Part shown: positions 46,566 through 56,838 of the stretch, piece by piece
Layout: each line of letters opens with the position of its first letter
How positions within the stretch are numbered: the stretch's first letter is position 1
Source: an uncultured delta proteobacterium
GTDB lineage: Bacteria > Myxococcota_A > Polyangia > Polyangiales > Polyangiaceae
Assembly: GCA_963841435.1 (NCBI GenBank)
Contig: CAWJCS010000005.1
Span: forward strand, 1,664,001-1,728,000
Direction of reading: 5' to 3'
DNA: 64,000 nt
Notes under the pieces: generated by a model
Databases searched by the model: none
Seen by the model: the letters and a program-made list of their open reading frames with translations, nothing else
Told to the model about the DNA's origin: nothing
Translations under genes and position numbers: made by a program

Positions 46566-48848
46566 GTGGGTCGCGTGACCGCGCCAGGTCTGAGAAGGAG
46601 CCTCGACTCCATCGATAGGGAATGGAGCGCACCAGGCCAAGGGCCGTCCGAGCCACCCGATCATCGGACCGGGGCGGCAGTGGGGTCGTCCAGCACCTGG
46701 ATGGTCAAAGCGGAGGGGCAGGACGTCGTCGTGTTGACGGCGGCGGACATCGTGGCCGCACTGCGCAGCGGTCAGCTCACGGGTGACGCGTTCGCCTGGC
46801 GTGATGGCATGGCCGAGTGGGTGGTCCTCGACAGCGTGCCGTCGTTCCAGCTCGCTGCGCCGGCCGCGTCGCGGCCTCTTTCGTCGCCCCCCGCCGAAAG
46901 CGAGGCACGCCCGCGGCGCGCAGCCGAGGACGAGCCCGCTTCCGCCGCCCCGGCCGGCGGCTCGGACGACGAGGCGCTCGCCGAGGCCGACGTGCAGACG
47001 GCGACGCCAGACGACAGCGAGGATCGAACCGCCGTGCGCGTGCTCGCCGACGCGCTGCTCGACGAGGCGACGGTCGTGCACGAGCCCGAGACGTTGCCGC
47101 CGCCGCGCCCCGCCTCGGACCAGCCCGCCTCCGCGGCCGAGGATCCGGACGTTCTTGCCATTTACGAGCGGGCGGTCGCCACGCTGGCGTTCCCCGACCG
47201 CGACCCGCCGCTCGACGAGGAGACCATCGTTTCGCAGCCGCGAAACGAGGTCCCGGCCGCCCGCGACGAGCCCCCCGTGCCCCCGTTGCCGAAGTTGCCG
47301 TCGCGGGCGCTCGTGTCGGCGGCGACGAACGCCTTCGTACCGCCCGGCGCGGGCGGCGCGGCTCGGCCCTCGCGTCCACGCCTGAGCTCGATGACCAATG
47401 AAGGGCGCCGCGACGCGAGCTCGGCGGCGCCGCGCCCAGACGCCGCAGCGAGCGTCCCGCACCGCGACGCAAGCTCGGCGGTGCCGCGTCCGACCGTCAC
47501 CGCGGGCGAGCTGCGCGCTGATGCGGGCTCGGCCGCGACGCGCCGCCCTTACGCCCCGACGACCGAGGCCCCCGAGACGGGAGCCGCGCCGCTCGTCGAA
47601 GCGCTTCGCACGCTCGCTGAATCGGTGCCCGAGCATCCGGCGCCGGCTCGCAAGGGACCTCCCACGCCGCCAGCGCGCACGCGGCCTCCACTTGGACCCG
47701 ACGCGAAGCCTTCTTTGGGTTCGACGGAGCCGAGCCGCAAGAGCGCGCCGCCGTCGGCGCTCGCGACACCCGTTCCCCGCGCTCCCACGCCCCGGCCACC
47801 CTCGGCCGCGCCACCGGCCGATCCGCGGCCGCCATTGTCGGCGTCGCCCGCTTCGGCGTCGCCCACGAGCGAGACGCCGCGCTCGCCCAGGGCGGCCCCT
47901 AGCAGGCCGCCCGTCGACGCGCCGTTCCGCAGACGCGAGACACCGCGCCTTCCCAGCGTGCGCCCTCGCGCGGAGCCCCCGTCCGGCGCGGGCACACCGC
48001 CCGAGGCTCCCGTCCGGCCCGCTTCCGGCGCGGCCCCGGCCATTGCCGCGCCTGCGCCCGCCACCCCTACTGCTGAGCGTGGTGACGCGTCCGCGTCGAC
48101 CCCGCCGGCGACCCCCGCACCCGGTCTGGCGCCGGTCGCAACCGGTCCGGCCGCCGCCGCCGCGTCGCCGGCCGTCCCCGTCCCCGTCCCCGTCCCCGTC
48201 CCCGTCGCCGGCTCGCCGGCGCCCCCCGGCGCTGGTCCGTCGAGCGGTCCGGTCGCACGCCGATCGCCTGGCGCCGATGCCCAGCCACCAGACGCGGTGC
48301 CGCCACCTCCGGCGCTTCCGAAGCGCGCGCCCGTGATGGCTGCCATCGCCGCTCACCTCGCGCCGACCATCATCGTGCGTGAAGACCGTGACGCCGACAC
48401 GCTCATCACGAATCTTCGGCCGTCGCGAAGCATTCCGCTGCGCACGGCCCTCGTCGCGTGCGCCTGCTCGGCCATGTTGGCCTCGTTCGTCACGGCGCTG
48501 ATCTCGCGATCGACTTCGTCCGAGGCGCCAGCCCCCGCCGCCGAGCCCCCGCGGGCCGTCGCGGCGCGCGAGGCACCGCCGCCGCCGCCACCACCCGCGC
48601 CACCCGAGAACGCGGCGCCCGCCGCGCCGGTCGCCGAAGCCGCCCCCGCGGTTGCCGCGGAGCCGGCGAAGCTTGCCCGAAGCTCCGCCAGTCCGGAACG
48701 GAAGGTAGCGCGCGAAAAGGCGGCGACCGCACCGCGTTCGCCCGGGCCGTCGGTGCTCACCGACCCCGAGACCGCGCTGCCCGAAACACCGACCGAGGCC
48801 GAGACGCCCAAGAACCGGGCCACCTGGCAGACGAGCCCGGGGTTTTAG
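46566..48848 (+). CDS. GYF_2 (DUF4339) domain protein with long Pro/Ala-rich region and a C-proximal TM
   Basis: WMVKAEG...LRSGQLTGDAFAWRDGMAEW; about 550 aa of low complexity; TM ALVACACSAMLASFVTALI. Start uncertain. Confidence 0.75.
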   Translation: MGRVTAPGLRRSLDSIDREWSAPGQGPSEPPDHRTGAAVGSSSTWMVKAEGQDVVVLTAADIVAALRSGQLTGDAFAWRDGMAEWVVLDSVPSFQLAAPAASRPLSSPPAESEARPRRAAEDEPASAAPAGGSDDEALAEADVQTATPDDSEDRTAVRVLADALLDEATVVHEPETLPPPRPASDQPASAAEDPDVLAIYERAVATLAFPDRDPPLDEETIVSQPRNEVPAARDEPPVPPLPKLPSRALVSAATNAFVPPGAGGAARPSRPRLSSMTNEGRRDASSAAPRPDAAASVPHRDASSAVPRPTVTAGELRADAGSAATRRPYAPTTEAPETGAAPLVEALRTLAESVPEHPAPARKGPPTPPARTRPPLGPDAKPSLGSTEPSRKSAPPSALATPVPRAPTPRPPSAAPPADPRPPLSASPASASPTSETPRSPRAAPSRPPVDAPFRRRETPRLPSVRPRAEPPSGAGTPPEAPVRPASGAAPAIAAPAPATPTAERGDASASTPPATPAPGLAPVATGPAAAAASPAVPVPVPVPVPVAGSPAPPGAGPSSGPVARRSPGADAQPPDAVPPPPALPKRAPVMAAIAAHLAPTIIVREDRDADTLITNLRPSRSIPLRTALVACACSAMLASFVTALISRSTSSEAPAPAAEPPRAVAAREAPPPPPPPAPPENAAPAAPVAEAAPAVAAEPAKLARSSASPERKVAREKAATAPRSPGPSVLTDPETALPETPTEAETPKNRATWQTSPGF
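48174..48203 (+). repeat. Coding hexanucleotide repeat (GTCCCC)5, encoding (VP)n
   Basis: Five perfect GTCCCC units read directly. Confidence 0.9.
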
Positions 48849-48866
48849 GCCATAAGACCCGAGGAC

Positions 48867-49886
48867 ATGGCCGCCGTCGGCAACCGACCGCGCTGGGCCC
48901 TGCGCCTGCTCGTCGCTTCGATCGTGGTGAGCGGCCTTTATCTGGTTGGCCTCGCCGCGCACGCGACGCTCATCGAGTACGCCGAGCGCGTCGTGATGCT
49001 CGCGGGCATCAACATCATCCTCGCCGTCGGCCTGAACCTCATCAACGGCACTACGGGCCAATTCTCGATCGGCCACGCGGGGTTCATGGCGGTCGGGGCG
49101 TACGGCGCGGCGTATCTCGGCGTCCAGCTTGCGCCGCACGTCGGGGGCCTGCTCGGCGCGGGGCCGATGGCCGACGCCGTGACGTTCAACGTTGCCCTCG
49201 TGCTGGGCGCGATACTCGCCGGCGCGACGGGCCTACTCGTGGGCCTGCCGAGCCTGCGCCTGAAGGGCGACTATCTCGCGATCGTCACGCTCGGCTTCGG
49301 CGAGATCATCCGCATCCTGTTCAACAACGCGTCCGCGCTCGGCGCGGCCACGGGCTACTTCGGTAATTCTCCCGCGGGGCTACCCGCGTACACCACGTTC
49401 TTTTGGGTGTTCCTCTGGGTCGTGATCGTGGTTTCGCTGGTCAAGAACGTCACGTTTTCGCAGACGGGCCGCTCGCTTTCGGCCATTCGCGAGGACGAGA
49501 TCGCCGCCGAGGCCATTGCGACCCCGACGACGCGGCTGAAGGTGCTCGCTTTCAGCATCAGCGCGGCGACGGCCGGCATCGCGGGTGGCTTGTTCGCTCA
49601 CATGCAAGCGGGCATCCGCCCCGAAGATTTCAAGTTCGAAAAGTCCATCGACATGATCGTGATGATCATCGTCGGGGGTCTCGGGTCGATCTCCGGTGCC
49701 GTGCTCGGCGGTGTGTTTCTCGCCGTGAGCCTCGAGGCGATGCGCGATCTGCAGGAGTACCGTCTCGTGCTCTACGCCCTGCTCCTCATCGTGATCATGC
49801 TCGTGCGGCCGCAGGGGCTGCTCGGGTCTCGCGAGATCAGCCCCGCGTTCGTGCGCGGTCTGTTCCGGCGCGCCGGGGGCGCATGA
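48867..49886 (+). CDS. livM: Branched-chain amino acid ABC permease
   Basis: GLNLINGTTGQFSIGHAGF, LRLKGDYLAIVTLGFGEI, AIREDEIAA. Confidence 0.95.
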   Translation: MAAVGNRPRWALRLLVASIVVSGLYLVGLAAHATLIEYAERVVMLAGINIILAVGLNLINGTTGQFSIGHAGFMAVGAYGAAYLGVQLAPHVGGLLGAGPMADAVTFNVALVLGAILAGATGLLVGLPSLRLKGDYLAIVTLGFGEIIRILFNNASALGAATGYFGNSPAGLPAYTTFFWVFLWVVIVVSLVKNVTFSQTGRSLSAIREDEIAAEAIATPTTRLKVLAFSISAATAGIAGGLFAHMQAGIRPEDFKFEKSIDMIVMIIVGGLGSISGAVLGGVFLAVSLEAMRDLQEYRLVLYALLLIVIMLVRPQGLLGSREISPAFVRGLFRRAGGA

Positions 49887-50680
49887 CGCTGCTCGCGCTC
49901 GAGGGCGTCGATAAGGTGTTCGGTGGGCTCCATGCCCTGCGCGGGATCCGCTTCACCGTCGAAAGGGGCGCGATTTTCGGGCTGATCGGTCCGAACGGCG
50001 CTGGCAAGACGACGCTCTTCAACGTCATCACGGGCGTCTACCGTCCCGACGCCGGCCGCGTGCTGTTCGACGGGCAGGACGTGTCCGGTCGCGGCTCGGT
50101 GGAGATTGCGGCGCTCGGCATCGCGCGGACGTTCCAGAACATTCGACTGTTTCGCTCGATGACGGTGCGAGAAAACGTGATGGTGGCCGGGCACCACCTG
50201 CACCGGGCGGGCCTCTTCGGCGAGGTTTTTCGCACTGCTCGCTACCTCGCCGACGAGGCGGCGCTCTTCACGCGTGCGAGCGATCTCCTCGAGCTGATGG
50301 GTCTCTCGGGGAACGCGGGCGACGTCGCCGGCAGCTTGCCGTACGGGTCGCAGCGGCGCCTCGAGATTGCGCGCGCGCTCATGTTGGAGCCGAAGCTCCT
50401 CTTGCTCGACGAGCCGGCCGCGGGCATGAACTCGAGCGAATCGCGCGAGCTCGAACGTCAGATCCGCGCGTTGCGAGACGATTTGGGCGTCACGGTCGTG
50501 CTCGTCGAGCACAACATGTCGGTCGTCATGAGCGTGTGCGAGCGCATCCACGTCGTCGATCACGGCGAGACGATCGCGGAGGGCCCTCCCGAGACCGTGA
50601 AGAGCAACAAGGCAGTCCTCGCGGCGTATCTCGGTGAAGAGGTCGACGCCGACGCGCCGAGCGCCGGGGCGTCGGCATGA
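49883..50680 (+). CDS. livG: Branched-chain amino acid ABC ATP-binding protein
   Basis: ATG 49883; GPNGAGKTT, ARTFQNIRLF, LPYGSQRRLEIARAL, LDEPAAGMN. Confidence 0.95.
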   Translation: MTLLALEGVDKVFGGLHALRGIRFTVERGAIFGLIGPNGAGKTTLFNVITGVYRPDAGRVLFDGQDVSGRGSVEIAALGIARTFQNIRLFRSMTVRENVMVAGHHLHRAGLFGEVFRTARYLADEAALFTRASDLLELMGLSGNAGDVAGSLPYGSQRRLEIARALMLEPKLLLLDEPAAGMNSSESRELERQIRALRDDLGVTVVLVEHNMSVVMSVCERIHVVDHGETIAEGPPETVKSNKAVLAAYLGEEVDADAPSAGASA

Positions 50681-51429
50681 GCGACGTTTCGTCTCGAGCG
50701 GGCGCGGCGGCGGACCTCGAGCTCGAAAAGCTCCAGGTGGCCTACGGCGGCATCGCAGCGGTGAAGGGCATCGACCTCTCGGTCGCGCGGGGGGAGATCG
50801 TGAGCCTCATCGGCGCGAACGGGGCGGGAAAGACCAGCGTGCTAAAGGCGATCGTGGGGCTCGTGCCGCTCGCCGGGGGGCAGGTGCGCCTGTTCGGTCA
50901 GGACCTCGCGGGCGTCCCCACGCACCGGCGCGTGGCGCTCGGTGCGACGCTCGTTCCCGAGGGGCGCGCCGTGTTCGCCGGCCTCACCGTGCGCGAAAAC
51001 CTCGAGCTTGGCGCCTTTCTCAAGCGCGAGCCCAAGGGCCTCGCGGCGCGGCTAAAACGCGTGGTCGAGCTCTTTCCTCGGCTCGGCGAGCGGCTCTTCC
51101 AGTCGGCGGGCACGCTGTCGGGCGGTGAGCAGCAGATGCTCGCCATCGGCCGCGCTCTCATGGGCGAGCCGAAGCTGCTCTTGCTCGACGAGCCGAGCCT
51201 GGGCCTCGCGCCGAAGCTCGTGGCGCAGATTTTCGAGAGCATCCTCGCGATCGCGAAGACGGGCATCACCATCCTGCTCGTCGAGCAAAATACGCGGCTC
51301 GCGCTCGAGACGGCGAGCCGCGCCTACGTGCTTGCGACGGGCGAGATCGTTCTGAGTGGCGCGAGCCGCGAGCTCAAGGAAGACCCGCGCGTGCGGGCGG
51401 CGTACTTCGGCGAGAGCGTCGAGGCGTAG
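50677..51429 (+). CDS. livF: Branched-chain amino acid ABC ATP-binding protein
   Basis: GANGAGKT, VPEGRAVF, LSGGEQQMLAIGRAL, LDEPSLGLAP, LVEQN. Confidence 0.95.
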   Translation: MSDVSSRAGAAADLELEKLQVAYGGIAAVKGIDLSVARGEIVSLIGANGAGKTSVLKAIVGLVPLAGGQVRLFGQDLAGVPTHRRVALGATLVPEGRAVFAGLTVRENLELGAFLKREPKGLAARLKRVVELFPRLGERLFQSAGTLSGGEQQMLAIGRALMGEPKLLLLDEPSLGLAPKLVAQIFESILAIAKTGITILLVEQNTRLALETASRAYVLATGEIVLSGASRELKEDPRVRAAYFGESVEA

Positions 51430-51438
51430 GCCGGGGAC

Positions 51439-52161
51439 TCAGGCCGCGCGCAGCATTCCGAATGCCGCGACGCCTTTTCGGCGCAACGCTCGCCGCAGCG
51501 TTTCGCGCTCGGCGGGGTCGCCGACGAGCGCCGAGAGCAGCTCGGCACCCCACGCGTCGAGCGGCTGGTCACCGCAGGCCGCGAGGTCGTCGCTCTTGCC
51601 GTCGAGCACGGAGCGCCAGACGGCGCCTGCGCTGAGCAAACGCGCGAGCCCCGGTGAGGCGTCGGGCTCGCCGCGCCCGTCAGCGAGCAACCCCGGAAGC
51701 TCGGCGGCGGCGCGCGTTGCGCCACGCTCGAGCAAGACCCGCACGAGCGCCTGCACGAGCGCGTCGGCGGCGCCCATTTCCACGGGAGGCTCGCGCGACG
51801 GCGACGTGACGAGCGAGGGTGCGCGGCCCGCATCCGCGGCGATGGCGGGCGCCGCGGGGGCATCGTCCGGGTGAGCCGGTGCGAGCACGGGCGCGGCGGG
51901 AAGGGCGGGCTCGGGCGCGGGGGTCGATGCGACGGGCGCCCAGCTCGGACCGAGCACCTTCGGTAGCCGCCCCGAAAGCGGCCTCAGCCGCAGTGTGGGC
52001 ACCGGCGCGCCACACGGTGACTCGGAGGTCCAGACCAGCCCGTCATGCAGCTCGGGGTTGTCGTTGGGAAACTCGGAGGCCGCGCGGCGCGAGAACATAC
52101 TCTCGGTCGTAGACCAAGCGCGCCGATCCAGCCAAAATTCCGGCGAAACGCGCGCCGTCAC
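51439..52161 (-). CDS. Hypothetical protein
   Basis: Fills the gap between livF and the cytochrome gene with a GTGA overlap; Pro-rich middle and helical C-terminus; start uncertain. Confidence 0.5.
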   Translation of the reverse strand: MTARVSPEFWLDRRAWSTTESMFSRRAASEFPNDNPELHDGLVWTSESPCGAPVPTLRLRPLSGRLPKVLGPSWAPVASTPAPEPALPAAPVLAPAHPDDAPAAPAIAADAGRAPSLVTSPSREPPVEMGAADALVQALVRVLLERGATRAAAELPGLLADGRGEPDASPGLARLLSAGAVWRSVLDGKSDDLAACGDQPLDAWGAELLSALVGDPAERETLRRALRRKGVAAFGMLRAA

Positions 52162-52691
52162 TCGGCGGGCTTGATGAGCACGCTGTCGGCGTTGGCGGGC
52201 GTCACGCCCCCGGCGGGCAAGGCGCTGCCGTGGCCCGCGAGGATGAAGTTGACGACCGCCCAGTAGTCCTCGGGCGAAAGCGAGCCGCGCTTGCTGAGCG
52301 GCCGCGGCATTTCGCGGCTCACGTACTTGAAGAGGTCGCTGGCGGTCCGGAATGCTCCTCGGGCGTCCGCGCCGGGGGGCAGCGATTGCTTGCGCTGCTG
52401 CTCCGCAATGTCCTGAAAGGCGGGGTTGCTGGTGGTCGAAGGGTCACGCACGTAGAGTGGCAAAGCGCCTGCGCCCATCACCGCGGGCGCCTGAGCGAGC
52501 CCTTCGCCGCGCTGGCCGTGGCAGCTCGCGCAGTTCTGTTCGAAAACCGCTGCCCCGGGCAGACTGGAGGCCTTCGCGTAGTTCGCCTCCGTTGCGCCGA
52601 GCGGCGTCGCACCACAGCCAAGGCTCGCGAGGGCGCCGAGCGCGGCGAGGACGGTGGCCCGAGTGGGGAGCGAAAGCGGGACGAGCTTCAT
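52158..52691 (-). CDS. Monoheme c-type cytochrome lipoprotein
   Basis: SLGC lipobox; CASCHG; distal REMP. ATG at 52691. Confidence 0.85.
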   Translation of the reverse strand: MKLVPLSLPTRATVLAALGALASLGCGATPLGATEANYAKASSLPGAAVFEQNCASCHGQRGEGLAQAPAVMGAGALPLYVRDPSTTSNPAFQDIAEQQRKQSLPPGADARGAFRTASDLFKYVSREMPRPLSKRGSLSPEDYWAVVNFILAGHGSALPAGGVTPANADSVLIKPAE

Positions 52692-52809
52692 GGCGCGAAG
52701 CTTCACGGATCTGCCCTGCGCGCGCCAGTCGAATGGCGGGACCGGCCGACGGGCCGCCCGCGGCGGCGTCCGGGCACCCACGCCCCGCGTGCCGCGCTAT
52801 CTTCCATCC

Positions 52810-53343
52810 GTGCGGTTCGCACCGTTCATCGTCACGGCGTTCGCGCTCTTGGGTTGCACGCCCGCCGAGCCTCCCCGCTGGGCGACGGGGGGCGCGGTGC
52901 TCGTGGTGCCGAACGCGCGCTGGGATCGCCCCGGGGACGAGCCCGTTTCGATCGAGCCCGATGGGCGCGTCCTCGAAGGGGGCACTCTCGTCTTCGTCGT
53001 CGACCGAGTGGGCCGCGTCGCCGACGCCGACTACGAGCCCTTGGCGGTCCTCTTTCCAGAGGGGCGCCTCGCGGGCACGGACCAGCGGGAGCTCGGTCAC
53101 GTCGGCGTTTCGAACGCCGCCCCTCCGGGGCGGGTCGAGGCATGGCTCTCGGTGTCGCCCGACGGCAACGTGATCGCCTTCGCCGACGACGGCGCGCGCG
53201 AGCCCGCCGGTCAGTGGACGGGCTGCGGTGGACCGGCGCTCAGGACTTGCACGCTCGTCACGCACCTTCTGGCGGTGCGAAGCTACGCGCGGCGGGCCGA
53301 CCCTGCGGTTTCCGTCGGTGTCGGGGTGGGCGTCGGTTTCTGA
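52810..53343 (+). CDS. Hypothetical lipoprotein
   Basis: VRFAPFIVTAFALLGC lipobox; ends VSVGVGVGVGF. Confidence 0.7.
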   Translation: MRFAPFIVTAFALLGCTPAEPPRWATGGAVLVVPNARWDRPGDEPVSIEPDGRVLEGGTLVFVVDRVGRVADADYEPLAVLFPEGRLAGTDQRELGHVGVSNAAPPGRVEAWLSVSPDGNVIAFADDGAREPAGQWTGCGGPALRTCTLVTHLLAVRSYARRADPAVSVGVGVGVGF

Positions 53344-53391
53344 GCCTGCCGGCGTTTTGCTTCCCGAACGGAGTCGTCGCAAGGTCCCGCC

Positions 53392-54720
53392 ATGCTCGAT
53401 GCCCGCCACGTTTCCGAACACCTCGACGACGTGCGTGCCGAGCTCTCGCGCCGCTCGGCCGCCGACGCCGCGCTGCTCGACGGCGTCGCGGAGCTCGCGA
53501 AACGACGCCGCGAGCTCGTCGGCAGCACGGAGGCCCTGCAAGCGCAGCGCAACGCGGCGAACGAGTCGATGGCCGCCCTCGCCAAGGCCGGCGACAAGCC
53601 GGCACTCGCGGCTCGTCGCGACGAGCTTCGCAAGCTGAGCGAGGCCATCAAGCAGGCCGAAGGCGAGGTGGCCGAGGTCGAGCGCGCCGTCGAGGAGCGC
53701 TTGCTCGTGATCCCGAACGTGCCGCACGCGAGTGTCCCCGACGGCAGAACCGACGCCGACAATCCCGTGCTCCGAACCTGGGGTGACAAGCCGCGCTTCG
53801 ACTTCACGCCCAAGGCGCACTGGGAGCTCGGCGAGAAGCTCGGGATCCTCGACTTCGAGCGCGCGGCGAAGATCTCGGGCGCGCGTTTCTCCGTGCTCTG
53901 GGGGCTCGGCGCGCGCCTGGAGCGCGCCCTCGCGGCGTTCATGCTCGATCTTCACACGCTCGAGCACGGCTACACCGAGGTTTACCCGCCATTTTTGGTG
54001 AAGGCCGACGCGCTGCGCGGCACGGGCAACCTGCCGAAGTTCGAGGGTGACCTGTTCAAGACCTATCGCGGCGACCCCGCCGACGGCGACGCGCTCTATC
54101 TCGTGCCCACGGCCGAGGTGCCCGTCACCAACCTCCACGCCGACGAGATCCTCGACGGCGAGCGGCTGCCCTTCGGCTACGCCGCGTACTCGCCGTGCTT
54201 CCGCAGCGAGGCCGGGTCCTACGGTAAGGACGTGCGGGGTCTCGTCCGCCAGCACCAGTTCGACAAGGTCGAAATCGTGCGTTTCTGCACGCCCGAGCAA
54301 GGTCCGGCGGAGCTCGAGCGCCTCACGGGTCACGCCGAGGAAGTGCTCAAGCGCCTGGGCCTGCACTACCGCGTCGTCGAGCACGTGACCGGAGACCTCA
54401 CGTTCTCGTCCACTAAGTCGTACGACATCGAGGTCTGGCTGCCCGCGCAGGATGCCTATCGCGAGATCTCGAGCTGCTCCTGGTTCGGTGACTTTCAGGC
54501 TCGCCGCGCCAAGATCCGCTATCGCCCGGCACCTAAGGAAAAGCCGCGCCTCGCGCACACGCTGAACGGGTCGGGCCTCGCGATTGGCCGCACCTGGCTC
54601 GCGATTCTGGAGCAGTTCCAGGAAGCGGACGGCAGCGTGGTCGTGCCGGAGGTGCTGAGGGCGTTCGTGGGGACGGACAGAATCACCGCACCCGGTCGAG
54701 TCGGGAATCTCTCGTTGTGA
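53392..54720 (+). CDS. serS: Serine--tRNA ligase
   Basis: N-terminal coiled coil; [51 protein letters not shown]. Confidence 0.98.
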   Translation: MLDARHVSEHLDDVRAELSRRSAADAALLDGVAELAKRRRELVGSTEALQAQRNAANESMAALAKAGDKPALAARRDELRKLSEAIKQAEGEVAEVERAVEERLLVIPNVPHASVPDGRTDADNPVLRTWGDKPRFDFTPKAHWELGEKLGILDFERAAKISGARFSVLWGLGARLERALAAFMLDLHTLEHGYTEVYPPFLVKADALRGTGNLPKFEGDLFKTYRGDPADGDALYLVPTAEVPVTNLHADEILDGERLPFGYAAYSPCFRSEAGSYGKDVRGLVRQHQFDKVEIVRFCTPEQGPAELERLTGHAEEVLKRLGLHYRVVEHVTGDLTFSSTKSYDIEVWLPAQDAYREISSCSWFGDFQARRAKIRYRPAPKEKPRLAHTLNGSGLAIGRTWLAILEQFQEADGSVVVPEVLRAFVGTDRITAPGRVGNLSL

Positions 54721-54727
54721 TAACGTC

Positions 54728-55465
54728 GTGAAGATGAGGGCGCCGCTCTGCCTCCTCGCGCTGTCGCTCGTTTCGATCGGGTGCAGCGAGGAGAGTCGGC
54801 GCTGCCGCGCTGAGCGCGATCGGGCCCAGGAGATCGTCAAGGCGATCGATTCGAAATCGCAGGATAGCCTCACGGCCGCCGTCGGCGCGCTTTCCACGGC
54901 GATCGACGCCTGCGACAAGGCCGCCATGGGAGCGGACAAGAGCCAGCTCCTCGAAGCCAGAAACCAGATCGGCGCGCACCTTGCGCTCCTGAAGAGGCGC
55001 GCCGAGCGTAAGAAGGCCAAGCTGACCCCGGCCGATCTCGAGCGCCTCGCGCGCGAGGGCGACCCGACGTGCCCCAAAGGGCAGGGCTACAAGCAGGGCA
55101 AGCACGAGATCCGTTGCACGGGCCCCGAGCTCATCGACATGAGCCTGGACCAGGCGAACGAGTACTTTTCGTCGCGCAAATACCGCATCACGATCAGCAA
55201 AGACCCGCCGACGTTGCGCGCGGAAAAGGGCGCCGAGGTCTACGTCTTCAAGTACGAAAAGCCGGACGACACCGCGGGCCCGAAGTGTCTCGAGCTCTTT
55301 CCGATTCCGGGGATCACGCTGCCGGAGGCCGTGGGGCGCGCGACGGGTGCGCGGCTCGAGAAGCTGAAGAATGGCGGCACCGTGACGGCGGCGCGCGGCG
55401 AGCTCGCGCTCACCCTCGAAGACGGCGCGCAGAAGTTCGTCGCCAAGATCGGCGACTGCGGCTAG
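54728..55465 (+). CDS. Hypothetical lipoprotein
   Basis: LLALSLVSIGC lipobox; several paired Cys. Confidence 0.75.
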   Translation: MKMRAPLCLLALSLVSIGCSEESRRCRAERDRAQEIVKAIDSKSQDSLTAAVGALSTAIDACDKAAMGADKSQLLEARNQIGAHLALLKRRAERKKAKLTPADLERLAREGDPTCPKGQGYKQGKHEIRCTGPELIDMSLDQANEYFSSRKYRITISKDPPTLRAEKGAEVYVFKYEKPDDTAGPKCLELFPIPGITLPEAVGRATGARLEKLKNGGTVTAARGELALTLEDGAQKFVAKIGDCG

Positions 55466-55471
55466 CGCTCC

Positions 55472-56794
55472 TCACGGCAGCGCGTCGAACACCTCGCCGA
55501 GCGCGCCGTAGGCGGGGCGCGTCGCGCGGTCGATGTCAACGATGCCCCACCATTCCTCGTTGAACGTGGAGTCGGGGTAGGGTCCGCCGCCCGGCGCCGT
55601 GCCGCCTGTGTCGTGCGTCGACGGGCTGCCGCCCGCGTCCTTCCACCACTCGTCGGACCACTCGAAAAGGGTGCCGCCGACGCTCACGCCGTCCGCGTGG
55701 AAGGCGACGCCGTGATCGGCGATCTCCTGCGTGAGCGCGGAGACCGCCAGCGCCTGGCTGTCGGGGTCGTAGGCGTCGATGGTGTCGTTGTAGGCGTCGG
55801 CACCGTACTCGGCGAGGAACATGGGCTTCTGACTGCGCGAGGCCCACACCGTGAAGAGGTCGCCGAACGAGATGCCGCGGTAGGCGTTGATGCCCCAGAG
55901 GTCGATGTCCGGCATGGCGTCGATCACGCTCGCGGCGGGCACCTCGCCGTACACGCTCACGATGGGGTGGCGCGTGTCGGCGGCGCGGATCAGCGTGGCG
56001 GCTTCGTTGAGGCGCGCCATGGACTCGCTCGCCGAGAGGCCCACGTACAGGCCGTTGTAGTTCCACTCGTTGCCGAGCACCCAGCCGAGGATCGCGGGAT
56101 GATCGGCGACGGCCTCGACCCGCGCCGTGACGACACTCGCCGCGTCGCCGCCGTACACGTAGGTGCCCATGAGCACGTAGATGCCGTGATCGTGGAGCAC
56201 GTCGAGGACGCTCGTGCTCGTGACGGGCTCGTACGTGCGCACGACGTTGATCCCGATGGCCTCCATCAGCGCGGCGTCGCCGGGCGCGGCGCCGGCAAAG
56301 TCCAGGTCGGCCGGGTGCGTGCCGCCCTTCTTCACCGGGTTCCAGCACACGCCGCGCAGGTGCAGCGGCACGCCGTCAACGAGCAGGCGGCGCCCATCGA
56401 GGCGGATGCCCGTTTCGCCAGCGCCCGCCGAGCCTGCCGTACCCGCGGCGCCCCCTCTGCCGGCCGCTGCGCTCGAGCCTGCCGCACCGCTCTCTCCCGC
56501 CGGGGCGACGCCGGCTGCTCCTGCGATGCCCCCCGCGCCGCCCTGGCCGGCTCCTGACGCGCCCGCGGCCCCCGCGGCGCCCGACCCACCCGACCCACCG
56601 TCGAGGCCACCCGTGGCGCCTCCGCCGCCCGAGGACCCACTCGCGCCGCCCGCGCCGCCGCTCGGTCCGAGGCTACCCGCGACACCCGCGGCCGCTCCGC
56701 CGGCTCCACTCGCCGCGCCGCCGTTGCTCGCCGCATCGCCGCCGCACGCGCCGAGCAACGACGCCGAAAAGACGATGAGAGCAAGCGCGCGCAC
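55472..56794 (-). CDS. Gly-linker lipoprotein with clan GH-A glycoside hydrolase (GH2-like TIM barrel)
   Basis: LLGAC lipobox; GINVVRTY, WVLGNEWN (acid/base), FLAEYGAD (nucleophile), FEWSDEWWK. Confidence 0.85.
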   Translation of the reverse strand: MRALALIVFSASLLGACGGDAASNGGAASGAGGAAAGVAGSLGPSGGAGGASGSSGGGGATGGLDGGSGGSGAAGAAGASGAGQGGAGGIAGAAGVAPAGESGAAGSSAAAGRGGAAGTAGSAGAGETGIRLDGRRLLVDGVPLHLRGVCWNPVKKGGTHPADLDFAGAAPGDAALMEAIGINVVRTYEPVTSTSVLDVLHDHGIYVLMGTYVYGGDAASVVTARVEAVADHPAILGWVLGNEWNYNGLYVGLSASESMARLNEAATLIRAADTRHPIVSVYGEVPAASVIDAMPDIDLWGINAYRGISFGDLFTVWASRSQKPMFLAEYGADAYNDTIDAYDPDSQALAVSALTQEIADHGVAFHADGVSVGGTLFEWSDEWWKDAGGSPSTHDTGGTAPGGGPYPDSTFNEEWWGIVDIDRATRPAYGALGEVFDALP

Positions 56795-56838
56795 GCTGAG
56801 CGTGAAAGCCTAGCCCAACGCGAGAGTAGCGAGCGGCG

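Noticed and set aside
46380-49139. 919-aa antisense ORF (likewise 52444-55077, 20465-22792, 3732-6026, 35184-37091, 57457-59205)
   Set aside because: Arg/Gly/Ala-rich shadow ORFs opposite recognisable genes, expected at this GC content; no motifs.
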